Source: Clostridia bacterium (GTDB taxonomy: Bacteria > Bacillota > Clostridia > Christensenellales > UBA1242). From it: DNA of 64,000 nucleotides. A program made the position numbers and the translations under genes. The DNA lies in NCBI GenBank assembly GCA_036654655.1, contig JAVVRP010000001.1, forward strand, positions 6,251-70,250, written 5' to 3'. Of the stretch, positions 1-11,164 are shown piece by piece (positions within the stretch are counted from its first letter, which is position 1; every line of letters begins with the position of its first letter). Below the pieces are notes generated by a model that saw nothing but the letters and a program-made list of their open reading frames with translations, was not told where the DNA came from and searched no databases.

Positions 1-1
1 A

Positions 2-310
2 GGTGCATCTTCCGAAAAGATTGTTAACACAGTTGAAGATGAAATTGTAGATTTGGAAAAAGAACTTGCAGAGGCTCGTCCAACAACAGAGCAATCAGAA
101 AGCGCAGATGATAGCAAAAAACCAAGAAGAAAAAAGAAACCAGTAAAAAAGTTTACAGCAGAAGGAAAAACTGAAACAACAGAAGAAGTTAAAAAAGAAC
201 TTGCAGAACCAGTTATAACAGAATCTTCTGCACAAGACAAAAAGGTTGTTAAAGAAATTGCAAAAGAAAAACCAGCAAAAAAAGCAGTTTTAAAAAAAAG
301 TGTTGAATAA
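2..310 (+). CDS. 3' end of a gene running off the left edge; K/E/T-rich tail, probably ribosomal protein S2 with a C-terminal extension (by synteny only)
   Basis: Frame 2 is open from the window edge (GASSEKIVNTVEDEIVDLEKEL...) to the TAA at 308-310. The start at 53 in the ORF track is only the first in-frame start. It lies directly upstream of tsf, the usual rpsB position. Confidence 0.4.
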   Translation, partial: GASSEKIVNTVEDEIVDLEKELAEARPTTEQSESADDSKKPRRKKKPVKKFTAEGKTETTEEVKKELAEPVITESSAQDKKVVKEIAKEKPAKKAVLKKSVE

Positions 311-339
311 TATAAAAATAAATTAAAAAGGAGATAAAA

Positions 340-987
340 ATGTTTACAGCACAAGACGTTATGAATCTTCGAGCAAAATCGGGCGCGGGAATGATGGATT
401 GCAAAAAAGCACTTACCGAAAATGATGGAAATTTTGACAAGGCAGCAGATTGGCTTAGAGAAAAAGGAATTGCAGCAGTTGCAAAAAAACAAGATCGTAT
501 TGCGGCAGAAGGTGTTGTTGCTTCTTACATTCACATGGGTGGAAAAATTGGAGTGTTATTGGAGGTTAATTGTGAAACGGACTTTGTTGCAAAATCTTCA
601 CAATTTGCAACACTTGTAAAAGATATTGCAATGCAGATTGCAGCATCAAAGCCAGAATTTGTTGCACCAGAAGAGGTTCCAACCGAAAATCTTGAAAAAG
701 AAAAAGCAATTCTTAAAGCACAAGCATTAAATGAAGGAAAACCAGAAAAAATTATTGACAGAATGGTTGAAGGCAGAGTAAAAAAGTATTACGAAGACGT
801 TTGCTTGCTTGAACAACCTTTTGTTAAGGACACATCAAAAACAATTCGTCAGTTAATTCAAGAATCAACACTTGTTATTGGAGAAAAAATTTCTATTCGA
901 CGATTTACAAGATATGAAATGGGCGAAGGTCTTGTTAAACGTTGTGATAATTTTGCAGATGAAGTTAGCAAGATGGGCGTTAAGTAA
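340..987 (+). CDS. tsf: translation elongation factor Ts (short form, 215 aa)
   Basis: N-terminal EF-Ts UBA-like signature ([41 protein letters not shown]), a GGAG RBS upstream, and a hairpin terminator downstream. Confidence 0.93.
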   Translation: MFTAQDVMNLRAKSGAGMMDCKKALTENDGNFDKAADWLREKGIAAVAKKQDRIAAEGVVASYIHMGGKIGVLLEVNCETDFVAKSSQFATLVKDIAMQIAASKPEFVAPEEVPTENLEKEKAILKAQALNEGKPEKIIDRMVEGRVKKYYEDVCLLEQPFVKDTSKTIRQLIQESTLVIGEKISIRRFTRYEMGEGLVKRCDNFADEVSKMGVK

Positions 988-1010
988 AAAAATATTTAAA
1001 AATTTTAAAA

Positions 1011-1041
1011 AACTTGTCAAAAACGCTTGACAAGTTTTTTT
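1011..1041 (+). terminator. rho-independent terminator after tsf
   Basis: aacttgtcaa / ttgacaagtt 10-bp stem with a 6-nt loop, followed by a T-run. Confidence 0.8.
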
Positions 1042-1054
1042 AAGTGTATTAAAA

Positions 1055-1081
1055 TTGGCAATGTAAGCGAAAGAGTGCTAG
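1055..1081 (+). promoter_or_regulatory. degenerate CIRCE (HrcA operator) inverted repeat
   Basis: TTGGCAATG-N9-GAGTGCTAG compared with consensus TTAGCACTC-N9-GAGTGCTAA. The left arm matches 6/9, the right arm 8/9, and the spacing is exactly 9 nt. It sits 17 nt upstream of the hrcA start. Confidence 0.6.
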
Positions 1082-1097
1082 CAATCAAAAGGAAAAC

Positions 1098-2110
1098 ATG
1101 AAACTATCAGAAAGAAAACATAAACTTTTGGTAAATGCAATTGAGGAGCATATAAAAGATGCCAGCCCAATAACAAGTGGCAGTGTTGCAGAAAAACAAA
1201 ATTTAAATTTGTCAACAGCAACTCTTAGAAGTGAGTTGTCTGCACTTGAAGAAATGGGATATCTTAAACAAATGCACACCTCAGGTGGCAGGTTGCCAAC
1301 AGCAATGGGTTACAAGTATTATGTAAATTCACTTTTAAACAATTTGAAAGCCAGCCCAAAGCAACTTAAAATAATTCATGAGCAGTTGTTAGAGCGGGCG
1401 GATTCTCTTTTAGACATAGTTTCAAAAATTGCAAAAACGGTGGCGGAGCAAACATCATATCCAACAGTTGTACTTTTGGATGGAGCAGGAAAACTTGTTA
1501 TAGAACAAATCCAAATTGTATCACTTGTTGCTAATCAGGCGTTGATATTAATTAAAACTCAAAGTGGATGTGTGTATAACACAATTTCAACAAATGCAAC
1601 CGAAAGTTCATGTAAAGATGTTTCAAACTTTTTAACCCAGCAATTTAAATCCAAAACTCTTGAATTTTTGCTAGAAAATATTAATCAGTTTACAGAGGCT
1701 TATCAAAAAATGTTTTATGATTTTAAAAACATGATAAACAACATTATAGACATAATAAGAAAACTGTTAAAATTTCCACCAATGCAAATAAAAGGGCACG
1801 GAGCGCAGAAAATGCTTTCACAATCAGCAATGGAACAAACTCAAAAAATTTTTGGTTTGTTGGAAAATGAAAGTACACTTGCAAAAGCCGTTAAATCGGA
1901 CAACGATAATTTAACATTATTAATGGAAGATGATGGCGAAATGCAAGGCTGTGCAATAATTAAAGCCCCAATACGCATGGGAGGTCAGCAAATAGCGTCT
2001 ATTGGTGTTGTTGGCCCCGAAAGAATGGATTATGCTTCAATAGCAAGCACGCTCAAACTTGTTACTGATGAACTCAGTGGCCAAACAAAAAATAAAAAAA
2101 AGGAGAAAAA

Positions 2111-2114
<4 letters not shown>
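1098..2114 (+). CDS. hrcA: heat-inducible transcription repressor HrcA
   Basis: 338 aa. N-terminal winged-helix region (SERKHKLLVNAIEEHIKDASPITSGSVAEK...LSTATLRSELSALEEMGYL), first gene of an hrcA-grpE-dnaK-dnaJ order. Confidence 0.9.
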
Positions 2115-4589
<2,475 letters not shown>

Positions 4590-4597
4590 GGGACAAG

Positions 4598-5701
4598 ATG
4601 AAAGATTATTATAAAACACTTGGCGTGGAAAAAAACGCAAGCCAAGACGATATAAAGTCTGCATACAGAAAACTTGCCAAACAGTTGCATCCAGATGTTA
4701 ACAAATCTCCTGATGCGCCTGCTAAATTTAAGGAAATTAATGAGGCGTATCAGTGTTTGGGTGATGAAAGTAAGCGTGCAAACTATGATAATTATGGGTC
4801 CGCAGATGGCCCTCAGGGTTTTAATTTTGGCGGTGCAGAAAGTGGAGGATTTAACTTTGGGGGCGGTGGTTTTACAGACATGTTTTCCGATCTTTTTTCG
4901 GCATTTGGCGGTGGCGGACAGCAAAGACATACAGTGGAAAAAGGTGACGATATAAATGTGGCAATCACAATAACGCTAGAAGAATCAGCATTTGGAGTTA
5001 CAAAAAACTTATTGATAAACAGATATGAATCTTGTGACAAATGCTCAGGTACAGGAGCAAAAAATGGCACAGCATATTCCACATGTCCAGATTGTAATGG
5101 TTTGGGCAGAATTAGAGTGACTCAACAAACAATGTTTGGCACAACAATAAGAGAGGGAGCATGCAAAAATTGTAACGCAACAGGAAAAATAATCCGTGAA
5201 AAATGTGATTTGTGTGGTGGCAAAGGTTCATCAAGAAAAACCTCAACAATAGCCGTTAAAGTTCCGGGAGGAATAGCGGACGGACAAATTCTTAAAATGG
5301 CAGGGCAAGGAAATGCTCCTGTAAGGCAAGGAGTTAATGGAGATTTATTTATAAAAATTAGTGTGGCACCTCATAAAGTTCTTGTAAGGCAGGACAGCGA
5401 TATTCTTTTGGATTTGTTTGTTCCATTTACAACTTCACTTTTGGGAGGGAAAGTAATAATTCCAACTTTGGAAGGTGATTATGAGTTGCAAATAAAAGAA
5501 TTAACTCAAAGCGGAACCGTTATGCGCTTAAAAAACAAAGGTACAAAAGTTTTAAACAGGGAATATAGGGGGGATATGCTTGTAACAATTAAAGCAGAGC
5601 CACCAAGAACTTTGGACAAAAAAACAAAGGACTTACTTAAACAAATAGAAATTCAAAACCCTTTATCATCATATGCAAAATCATGCAAGTTTGAAAAATA
5701 A
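4598..5701 (+). CDS. dnaJ: molecular chaperone DnaJ
   Basis: J-domain with HPD (YRKLAKQLHPDVN), a G/F-rich linker, and four CxxCxGxG zinc-finger repeats (CDKCSGTG, CPDCNGLG, CKNCNATG, CDLCGGKG). Confidence 0.97.
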   Translation: MKDYYKTLGVEKNASQDDIKSAYRKLAKQLHPDVNKSPDAPAKFKEINEAYQCLGDESKRANYDNYGSADGPQGFNFGGAESGGFNFGGGGFTDMFSDLFSAFGGGGQQRHTVEKGDDINVAITITLEESAFGVTKNLLINRYESCDKCSGTGAKNGTAYSTCPDCNGLGRIRVTQQTMFGTTIREGACKNCNATGKIIREKCDLCGGKGSSRKTSTIAVKVPGGIADGQILKMAGQGNAPVRQGVNGDLFIKISVAPHKVLVRQDSDILLDLFVPFTTSLLGGKVIIPTLEGDYELQIKELTQSGTVMRLKNKGTKVLNREYRGDMLVTIKAEPPRTLDKKTKDLLKQIEIQNPLSSYAKSCKFEK

Positions 5702-5710
5702 AATATAAAA

Positions 5711-5741
5711 AAAGCCTTTTAAAATTTTAAAAGGCTTTTTT
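5711..5741 (+). terminator. rho-independent terminator after dnaJ
   Basis: Perfect palindrome aaagccttttaaaa/ttttaaaaggcttt followed by Ts. Confidence 0.8.
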
Positions 5742-5789
5742 ATATCAAAACATTGCAAAATTAACTTAAACTATGATATAATAAAAATT

Positions 5790-6560
5790 ATGTTTATAGA
5801 TACTCATGCACATTTAAATAACGAACAATTGTTCGATATTAGGCAAGCATGCGTTAATAATGCAAAAAATGCAAATGTTAACGCTATTATTTGTGCTTCA
5901 TCCGATTTAATAACCAGCAAAAAGGCATTACAAATTTGCACAGAATTTGACAATATGTTTTGCACAATAGGTTTTCATCCTGATGATATTTCACAAATGG
6001 ATGTGCCTGCGGAAAATTTTTTGTTAGAAAATGCAAAAAATAAAAAAGTGGTTGCCATTGGAGAAATTGGATTAGACTATCACAATAATATAAGCAATCA
6101 CGCAGAACAAAAAGTTGCTTTTAAAAAGCAGATAGAAATTGCAATAAAATCAAAAAAACCAATAGTTGTGCATACAAGGCAATCAATAAATGACACAATA
6201 ACAATTTTAGAGCAATATAAAAATGAAAAAGTCTTTGGAGTTGTTCATTGTTTTGCGGGAGATATATCACATGCAAAAAAAATTATGGAACTTGGTTATG
6301 TTATGAGTTTTGGTGGAACATGTACTTTTAAAAATGCACCAGAAATAAGAGAAGTTTTGGAACAAATTCCGCTTTCTCATATCTTGTTAGAAACTGATTC
6401 GCCATTTTTAACGCCATCACCATTCAGAGGCAAAATTAACGAGCCAAAATATATCCCACTTATTGCACAGCAAATTGCAGATATAAAACGTGTATCACTT
6501 GAACAGGTAGAAAAAACCACCACTCAAAATGCAATACGCGTGTTTGGAATTAACATATAA
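5790..6560 (+). CDS. tatD: TatD-family metal-dependent hydrolase/DNase
   Basis: 256 aa. N-terminal FIDTHAHL motif, with the later GEIGLDYH and HCFAG histidine motifs typical of TatD/YabD. Confidence 0.88.
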   Translation: MFIDTHAHLNNEQLFDIRQACVNNAKNANVNAIICASSDLITSKKALQICTEFDNMFCTIGFHPDDISQMDVPAENFLLENAKNKKVVAIGEIGLDYHNNISNHAEQKVAFKKQIEIAIKSKKPIVVHTRQSINDTITILEQYKNEKVFGVVHCFAGDISHAKKIMELGYVMSFGGTCTFKNAPEIREVLEQIPLSHILLETDSPFLTPSPFRGKINEPKYIPLIAQQIADIKRVSLEQVEKTTTQNAIRVFGINI

Positions 6561-6593
6561 AATAAATTAGTATTTTAGTTAAATGGAGAAATA

Positions 6594-7430
6594 ATGAATG
6601 GAAATCAAAAATTAGCACAAGATTTTACTTTCAAAAAAAAATATGGTCAAAATTTTTTATATGATTTAAACATGCTAAAATTTATTGCAAAAACGGCAGA
6701 AATTTCTTGTGCCGACAACGTTTTGGAAATTGGGGTTGGTGCAGGAACGCTTACAAAAGTTCTTGCAGAAAGTGCAAAACTGGTTGTAGGTTATGAAATA
6801 GATGCAACGCTAGCCCCAGCAATAAAGCAAAACACACAAGGGTTAAATAATTTAAACATAATATATGCCGATGCCTTAAAAACCCCAATAAAAATAATTG
6901 AAAACAATTTTAATGGACAGCCTTATAAAATTGTGGCAAATATTCCATACAACATAACTTCACCACTTCTTATGAAATTTTTGGAAGAATCCACAAATGT
7001 AACAAGTGTTACATTAATGGTCCAAAAAGAAGTTGCAGAAAGGCTTGTTGCAAAGCCATCATCATCAAATTATGGTGCATTAACAGTTGTTGTTGCATAT
7101 TTTGGCACAGCAAAAATTTGCAGAATAGTAAGTAAAAACATGTTTACACCTCGCCCAAAAGTTGACAGCGCAATAATAAATATAAAACTGTTTCAAAAAA
7201 CAAAAGACAATAATTTTGCTTTTGTTGTTAAATCTGCATTTTCAAACAGAAGAAAAACACTTGTTAACAACTTATCACAAAGTTTTAACTTAACAAAAAA
7301 TCAAGTTGAAGAAATACTTGAACAACAAAATATTCCAAAATGTGCCAGGGGGGAAACATTAACTGTTCAAGATTTTCAAAAACTTTCACAAAAAATAAGT
7401 GAGATAAAACGTTTAGACAAAACTTGTTAA
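6594..7430 (+). CDS. rsmA: 16S rRNA (adenine1518/1519-N6)-dimethyltransferase RsmA/KsgA
   Basis: KKKYGQNFL motif, SAM-binding VLEIGVGAGTLT, NIPYNITSP motif. It follows tatD as in Bacillus (yabD...ksgA). Confidence 0.93.
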   Translation: MNGNQKLAQDFTFKKKYGQNFLYDLNMLKFIAKTAEISCADNVLEIGVGAGTLTKVLAESAKLVVGYEIDATLAPAIKQNTQGLNNLNIIYADALKTPIKIIENNFNGQPYKIVANIPYNITSPLLMKFLEESTNVTSVTLMVQKEVAERLVAKPSSSNYGALTVVVAYFGTAKICRIVSKNMFTPRPKVDSAIINIKLFQKTKDNNFAFVVKSAFSNRRKTLVNNLSQSFNLTKNQVEEILEQQNIPKCARGETLTVQDFQKLSQKISEIKRLDKTC

Positions 7431-7501
7431 AATTAGCCAAATTTTTTATTTCATTCACAATGCAAAGTGTTATACAATATATATTGTAATAGAGGTGAAT
7501 T

Positions 7502-8386
7502 TTGAACAAAATAACACTTGTGATGTCATCCACAAATTCTAGCGGACAAAAAGCAGTTTTAAATGTGGAACAATCTGCAAAAGAAACCTGTGGTTCTGTT
7601 AGGTTATTTAATTTTAGCAGAGAACCCGAAGGTATTTTAAGCCTAGGTTTTGCAACAAACGGCACAGTTGTAAAGTGTGGGCTTATGAAGGGTTCCGATA
7701 TGAAGTACAATTTTAAAACAGAAGAGCAAATTGATTTAAATCATATGTCTTGTGCGGTGGTTCAATTTACGTTAGGGTCGTCAATGCCAATTCTTTTTGG
7801 TGGGGTTAATGGAGCAAAAATTTCTGCAACAGAACTTAAACTTGCATCAACTTTGGGAGTTTTGGATCAACCAATTTCAGCCGAAAACACAAAAAAAGTT
7901 TTGGATGAAAACCAAATTTTTTTAGAAGATCAAGATTTAATAGATAAGCAAATAGACAAGGAAATTGAATGTAGTGTTAATTGTAATAAGTGTAAATATA
8001 GAGAAGCGTTTTTTCAAAGTGAAGAAGATGCTCCAAAACAAAACGAGCCAATGTTTTTTGAACAAATAAAAGACTCTCTTTCTTCGCTAATGGAAAAATT
8101 TCCAGAAGAAAATTTTTTAGCAGATATTATTCCAAATTCAAAATGGGTTAAAGTTGATTATGAAAACAACGGAGAATATTATGTGGTTGGAGTAATATAT
8201 CAAGAAGGTGCAGTAAAATATGTTTGTTATGGCGTTCCGGGATATTATTCCAAAGATGCACCCGAAGAACTTAGGGGGTTTTCAAAGTGGCTTCCATTGG
8301 ACGCAAACAAACCAACAGAGTTTGGATATTGGCTTACAACGCAAGATGCAGAAAATGGAGATAATGTTGAACTAGATATAATTTAG
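7502..8386 (+). CDS. hypothetical protein (294 aa), function unknown
   Basis: TTG start 6 nt after a GAGGTG RBS. Central CSVNCNKC (CX3CX2C) cluster and C-terminal YYVVGVIYQEGAVKYVCYGVPGYY...FGYWLTTQDAENG motif. I could not assign a family. Confidence 0.6.
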   Translation: MNKITLVMSSTNSSGQKAVLNVEQSAKETCGSVRLFNFSREPEGILSLGFATNGTVVKCGLMKGSDMKYNFKTEEQIDLNHMSCAVVQFTLGSSMPILFGGVNGAKISATELKLASTLGVLDQPISAENTKKVLDENQIFLEDQDLIDKQIDKEIECSVNCNKCKYREAFFQSEEDAPKQNEPMFFEQIKDSLSSLMEKFPEENFLADIIPNSKWVKVDYENNGEYYVVGVIYQEGAVKYVCYGVPGYYSKDAPEELRGFSKWLPLDANKPTEFGYWLTTQDAENGDNVELDII

Positions 8387-8473
8387 AAAAAAAACATTAT
8401 TCATGTATTTTTTTTAAAAAATTGAGCAAACTTAATTAACAAGGTTAAAGCCTTGAATAATGGAGGTGAAACA

Positions 8474-8626
8474 ATGTTTGGCAAAAACAAACAAGCCGGA
8501 AAAAACAGCAACTCAAAACACTCTAACGGAGCAAATGCGTCAGCAAACAACTCAGAAGTAGACAGTGCAAAGAGTGCAAATTCCAGCAATCGCAACAGCA
8601 ACAGAACAACAAAAAACTGTAACTAA
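8474..8626 (+). CDS. unannotated small ORF, 50 aa, N/S/K-rich (MFGKNKQAGKNSNSKHSNGANASANNSEVDSAKSANSSNRNSNRTTKNCN)
   Basis: Below the ORF-track size cut-off. It has a GGAGGTG RBS 5 nt before the ATG and a hairpin terminator about 40 nt after the TAA. It replaces the antisense 66-aa track ORF 8401..8601. Confidence 0.55.
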   Translation: MFGKNKQAGKNSNSKHSNGANASANNSEVDSAKSANSSNRNSNRTTKNCN

Positions 8627-8668
8627 TGCGAGAGTGACATAAAACACTTAAAGTTTCACAAAAAAGAA

Positions 8669-8696
8669 AAAACGGCTACATAGCCGTTTTTTCTTT
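8669..8696 (+). terminator. rho-independent terminator after the small ORF
   Basis: aaaacggcta / tagccgtttt stem followed by a T-run. Confidence 0.7.
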
Positions 8697-8753
8697 AAGA
8701 ACAAAAATATTAAAAAAATCATATAAAATCTTATGAAATAAGCGTAAAAATTG

Positions 8754-8782
8754 TTGACAAGAGAATTGGTTTCTGATATATT
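8754..8782 (+). promoter_or_regulatory. sigma-A type promoter for the tRNA cluster
   Basis: TTGACA (8754-8759), 17-nt spacer, extended -10 TGaTATATT (8774-8782). It lies about 25 nt upstream of tRNA-Val. Confidence 0.6.
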
Positions 8783-8805
8783 ATATGAGCAATCAGTAAG
8801 GGTGC

Positions 8806-8881
8806 GGGAGTTTAGCTCAGCTGGCAGAGCATCTGCCTTACAAGCAGGGGGTCATAGGTTCGAGCCCTATAACTCCCACCA
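8806..8881 (+). tRNA. tRNA-Val (anticodon TAC)
   Basis: Acceptor gggagtt/aactccc, TAGCTCAGCTGG D-arm, anticodon loop cTTACAa, GGTTCGAGCC T-arm, encoded CCA. Confidence 0.9.
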
Positions 8882-8907
8882 ACTTGGTTGTAATCAGTTT
8901 TTACGTT

Positions 8908-8982
8908 GCGGGAGTGGCTTAGTGGTATAGCGTCGCCTTGCCAAGGCGAAGGTCGCGAGTTCGAGTCTCGTCTTCCGCTCCA
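8908..8982 (+). tRNA. tRNA-Gly (anticodon GCC)
   Basis: Acceptor gcgggag/cttccgc (one G-U pair), anticodon loop tTGCCAa, GAGTTCGAGTCTC T-arm, encoded CCA. Confidence 0.9.
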
Positions 8983-8997
8983 AATTTTTAGGGACTT

Positions 8998-9072
8998 GGT
9001 ACCATAGCCAAGCGGTAAGGCAAAGGTCTGCAAAACCTTCATTCCCCAGTTCAAATCTGGGTGGTACCTCCA
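8998..9072 (+). tRNA. tRNA-Cys (anticodon GCA)
   Basis: Acceptor ggtacca/tggtacc, anticodon stem aaggt/acctt with loop cTGCAaa, CAGTTCAAATCTG T-arm, encoded CCA. Confidence 0.88.
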
Positions 9073-9077
9073 AACCT

Positions 9078-9163
9078 GCCGATGTGGCGGAATGGTAGAC
9101 GCACAGGACTTAAAATCCTGAGGATGTAAGTCCGTGCCGGTTCGAGTCCGGCCATCGGCACCA
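9078..9163 (+). tRNA. tRNA-Leu (anticodon TAA), long variable arm
   Basis: Acceptor gccgatg/catcggc, anticodon loop cTTAAAa, long extra arm (tgaggatgtaagtccgtg), GGTTCGAGTCC T-arm, encoded CCA. Confidence 0.9.
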
Positions 9164-9172
9164 ACATTAAAA

Positions 9173-9200
9173 AAACGCTTACAAAACGTGAGCGTTTTTT
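9173..9200. terminator. bidirectional hairpin terminator between the tRNA cluster and the convergent lipoprotein gene
   Basis: acgcttac / gtgagcgt stem flanked by an A-run on the left and a T-run on the right. Confidence 0.7.
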
Positions 9201-9220
9201 GTTGCAACAAAAAATTGAAA

Positions 9221-10201
9221 TTAAGGTTTTGTTGCTTCAACTTTTTTATTAATTAAAAATGAAATATTAAAGTTAATAAAATTATTATCGTTTGCGCTTA
9301 CAATTTTTCTAATATATTTATTGTTTCCATTTTGTGGCAAACTGTTAAAATTTGCGGTTAAAACGGTTGAGCCATCTTTTGTTTTGGTTTCGGTTATCAT
9401 GTTAATGTCGTCAGTTTTGTCTTCGGGCGTTAAATCAAGTAAAGGTTTTTCAGTATCATTTAAATCTATTTCCAAAAATGTTGAAATTAAACGTGATTCG
9501 CTTGTCCCGTCACCTTTGTTAAATTCATACTCAATTGTAATTAAACAATAAACTATTTTTGATTTAGCAAAAATAAACATCTTTTTGTTAATGTTATCAA
9601 AAATTGAAAAATCTGTTTCTTCTTTAAAGTCTGGCGTTGTAAAATTTTCAAATTTAACTCCGCGAGAGCGAGGGTTTTCATCAGTTGCATTGGCTGAATC
9701 AATGTTTTTATTAAAGTTTTCCAGTTCTTTATCAATTAATAAGTGTGAAGAAAACACATCTTTTAAAAAGTCACGATCATTTGACATTGAAATTTTAAAA
9801 CTGATAATGTTGTTTATGTTTGAGTTTGTTTTATCTTCAAAACAAAAATTATTAACCGAAAGCAATTCTTCATTTTTTTCTTTAAAAACGGAAACGTATT
9901 CACCTTCGGTGTTAATGCCAGCAACAAACGAAAAAGTTGAATTGTATGAAACTATTTCATTGTTTTTAAGCCAAAACATAAAAGTATAAGTATTTCCATC
10001 AAGATTTTTTTTTGCAGTGGTTGAAATGTTTACTGTTTCGCCAGTTGTGTATGTTCCAGAGCCAGAAACGTTGCAAATTCTGATATTATAAGCCTTAACC
10101 ATAATAACATGCGAAAAAACCTCTTCATTGCATGCAGAAAACAAAACTGAACACAAAAGTGTTAAAACAAAAAAAATGTTAAAGCAAATTTTTTTTCTCA
10201 T
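9221..10201 (-). CDS. putative lipoprotein, function unknown (326 aa)
   Basis: Signal peptide with lipobox (LLCSVLFSAC). The rest is N/K/E-rich with no recognisable domain. Confidence 0.65.
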   Translation of the reverse strand: MRKKICFNIFFVLTLLCSVLFSACNEEVFSHVIMVKAYNIRICNVSGSGTYTTGETVNISTTAKKNLDGNTYTFMFWLKNNEIVSYNSTFSFVAGINTEGEYVSVFKEKNEELLSVNNFCFEDKTNSNINNIISFKISMSNDRDFLKDVFSSHLLIDKELENFNKNIDSANATDENPRSRGVKFENFTTPDFKEETDFSIFDNINKKMFIFAKSKIVYCLITIEYEFNKGDGTSESRLISTFLEIDLNDTEKPLLDLTPEDKTDDINMITETKTKDGSTVLTANFNSLPQNGNNKYIRKIVSANDNNFINFNISFLINKKVEATKP

Positions 10202-10389
10202 TACTTATATAATATCAAATTCAAAGAATATAAGTCAAATTTTTTATATGTAATTTTTTTTATAAAGTTAAAATAATATGTAAAAAAAAATAATATATAA
10301 ATAATATTAAAAAATAAACAAAATAAATAAAAAAAAATTGAGTAAAAAAAATCTTTTCACATAAAATACTAAAAAAAGGAGCCCAAAAG

Positions 10390-11133
10390 ATGTGGGAATT
10401 TGTTGTTCGTTTAAATTCGAACTGCTGTGATGTTGCTGACTTCATTTGCAAAAACGTAAAAAAGTTTGCAAACACTTGCGGAGGCGTTGCAACAATGATT
10501 GAGGAGGGCAATACACTTGCGATAGCAATGGCATGTGAAGATTTTGACAAACCTCGCTTTCAACTTTATGTTTTGGACACAATTACTGAGGCAATTTGCA
10601 CTTTTTTTAAAGCAAAATTTTTAAATGAAAACTTAAAAATTCCCCAATCAAATGAGTTGCACACAATTGCACTTAAAAGTGCATTAATTAATTTTGACCG
10701 AGAAACAGACAGATTTTTAATAACAAAAAGTTTGGAAATAGAAAAAAACTTAAATTTAGAGTCGTTTTTTTTGTTTAAACTTAAATCATTACGAGAAAAA
10801 TGGAGTGAACTTGTGTCCATTGCAAACGAAAACGGAATTGAATTAGCAAGCACAACAACATGTGAGGGATTGCTTAAATTTTTGGTGGAAAATTTGGAAA
10901 TTGCAAGTGGTGCAGTGTTAATTGATTGCGTAAACAACGATTATAAAATATTTGATGAAAATGGGAACTTGATTGAGTGCACATATCCAAAAGACGCGTC
11001 TGTTGACGGAATTTTAGTAAGCAAACTTATAACATTAAACCCTAGCAAAATAACAGTAAATTGCCAATTAGAACAAGAACTCCAATTATTTTTAGGAGAA
11101 CTTTTTGGGGCAAAAATTGCGTTTTTAAAATAA
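10390..11133 (+). CDS. YtxC-like sporulation protein (tentative)
   Basis: 247 aa, AAGGAG RBS. Its architecture and motifs (LESFFLFKLKSLREKW..., ...ILVSKLITLNPSKITVN...) resemble my recollection of B. subtilis YtxC. Not verified by a search. Confidence 0.45.
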   Translation: MWEFVVRLNSNCCDVADFICKNVKKFANTCGGVATMIEEGNTLAIAMACEDFDKPRFQLYVLDTITEAICTFFKAKFLNENLKIPQSNELHTIALKSALINFDRETDRFLITKSLEIEKNLNLESFFLFKLKSLREKWSELVSIANENGIELASTTTCEGLLKFLVENLEIASGAVLIDCVNNDYKIFDENGNLIECTYPKDASVDGILVSKLITLNPSKITVNCQLEQELQLFLGELFGAKIAFLK

Positions 11134-11164
11134 TATTTAATTTATAATAAACATACAATAATAT

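Noticed and set aside
8401-8601. 66-aa - strand ORF in the 7502/tRNA intergenic region
   Set aside because: It has no RBS and a hydrophobic low-complexity product. The opposite strand carries a 50-codon ORF with a strong RBS and a terminator, which explains the open frame.
8812-9240. 142-aa ORF on the - strand spanning the tRNA cluster
   Set aside because: It lies entirely antisense to four well-formed tRNA genes (Val, Gly, Cys, Leu). Its Arg/Gly/Pro-rich translation is the typical artefact of reading through GC-rich tRNA sequence.
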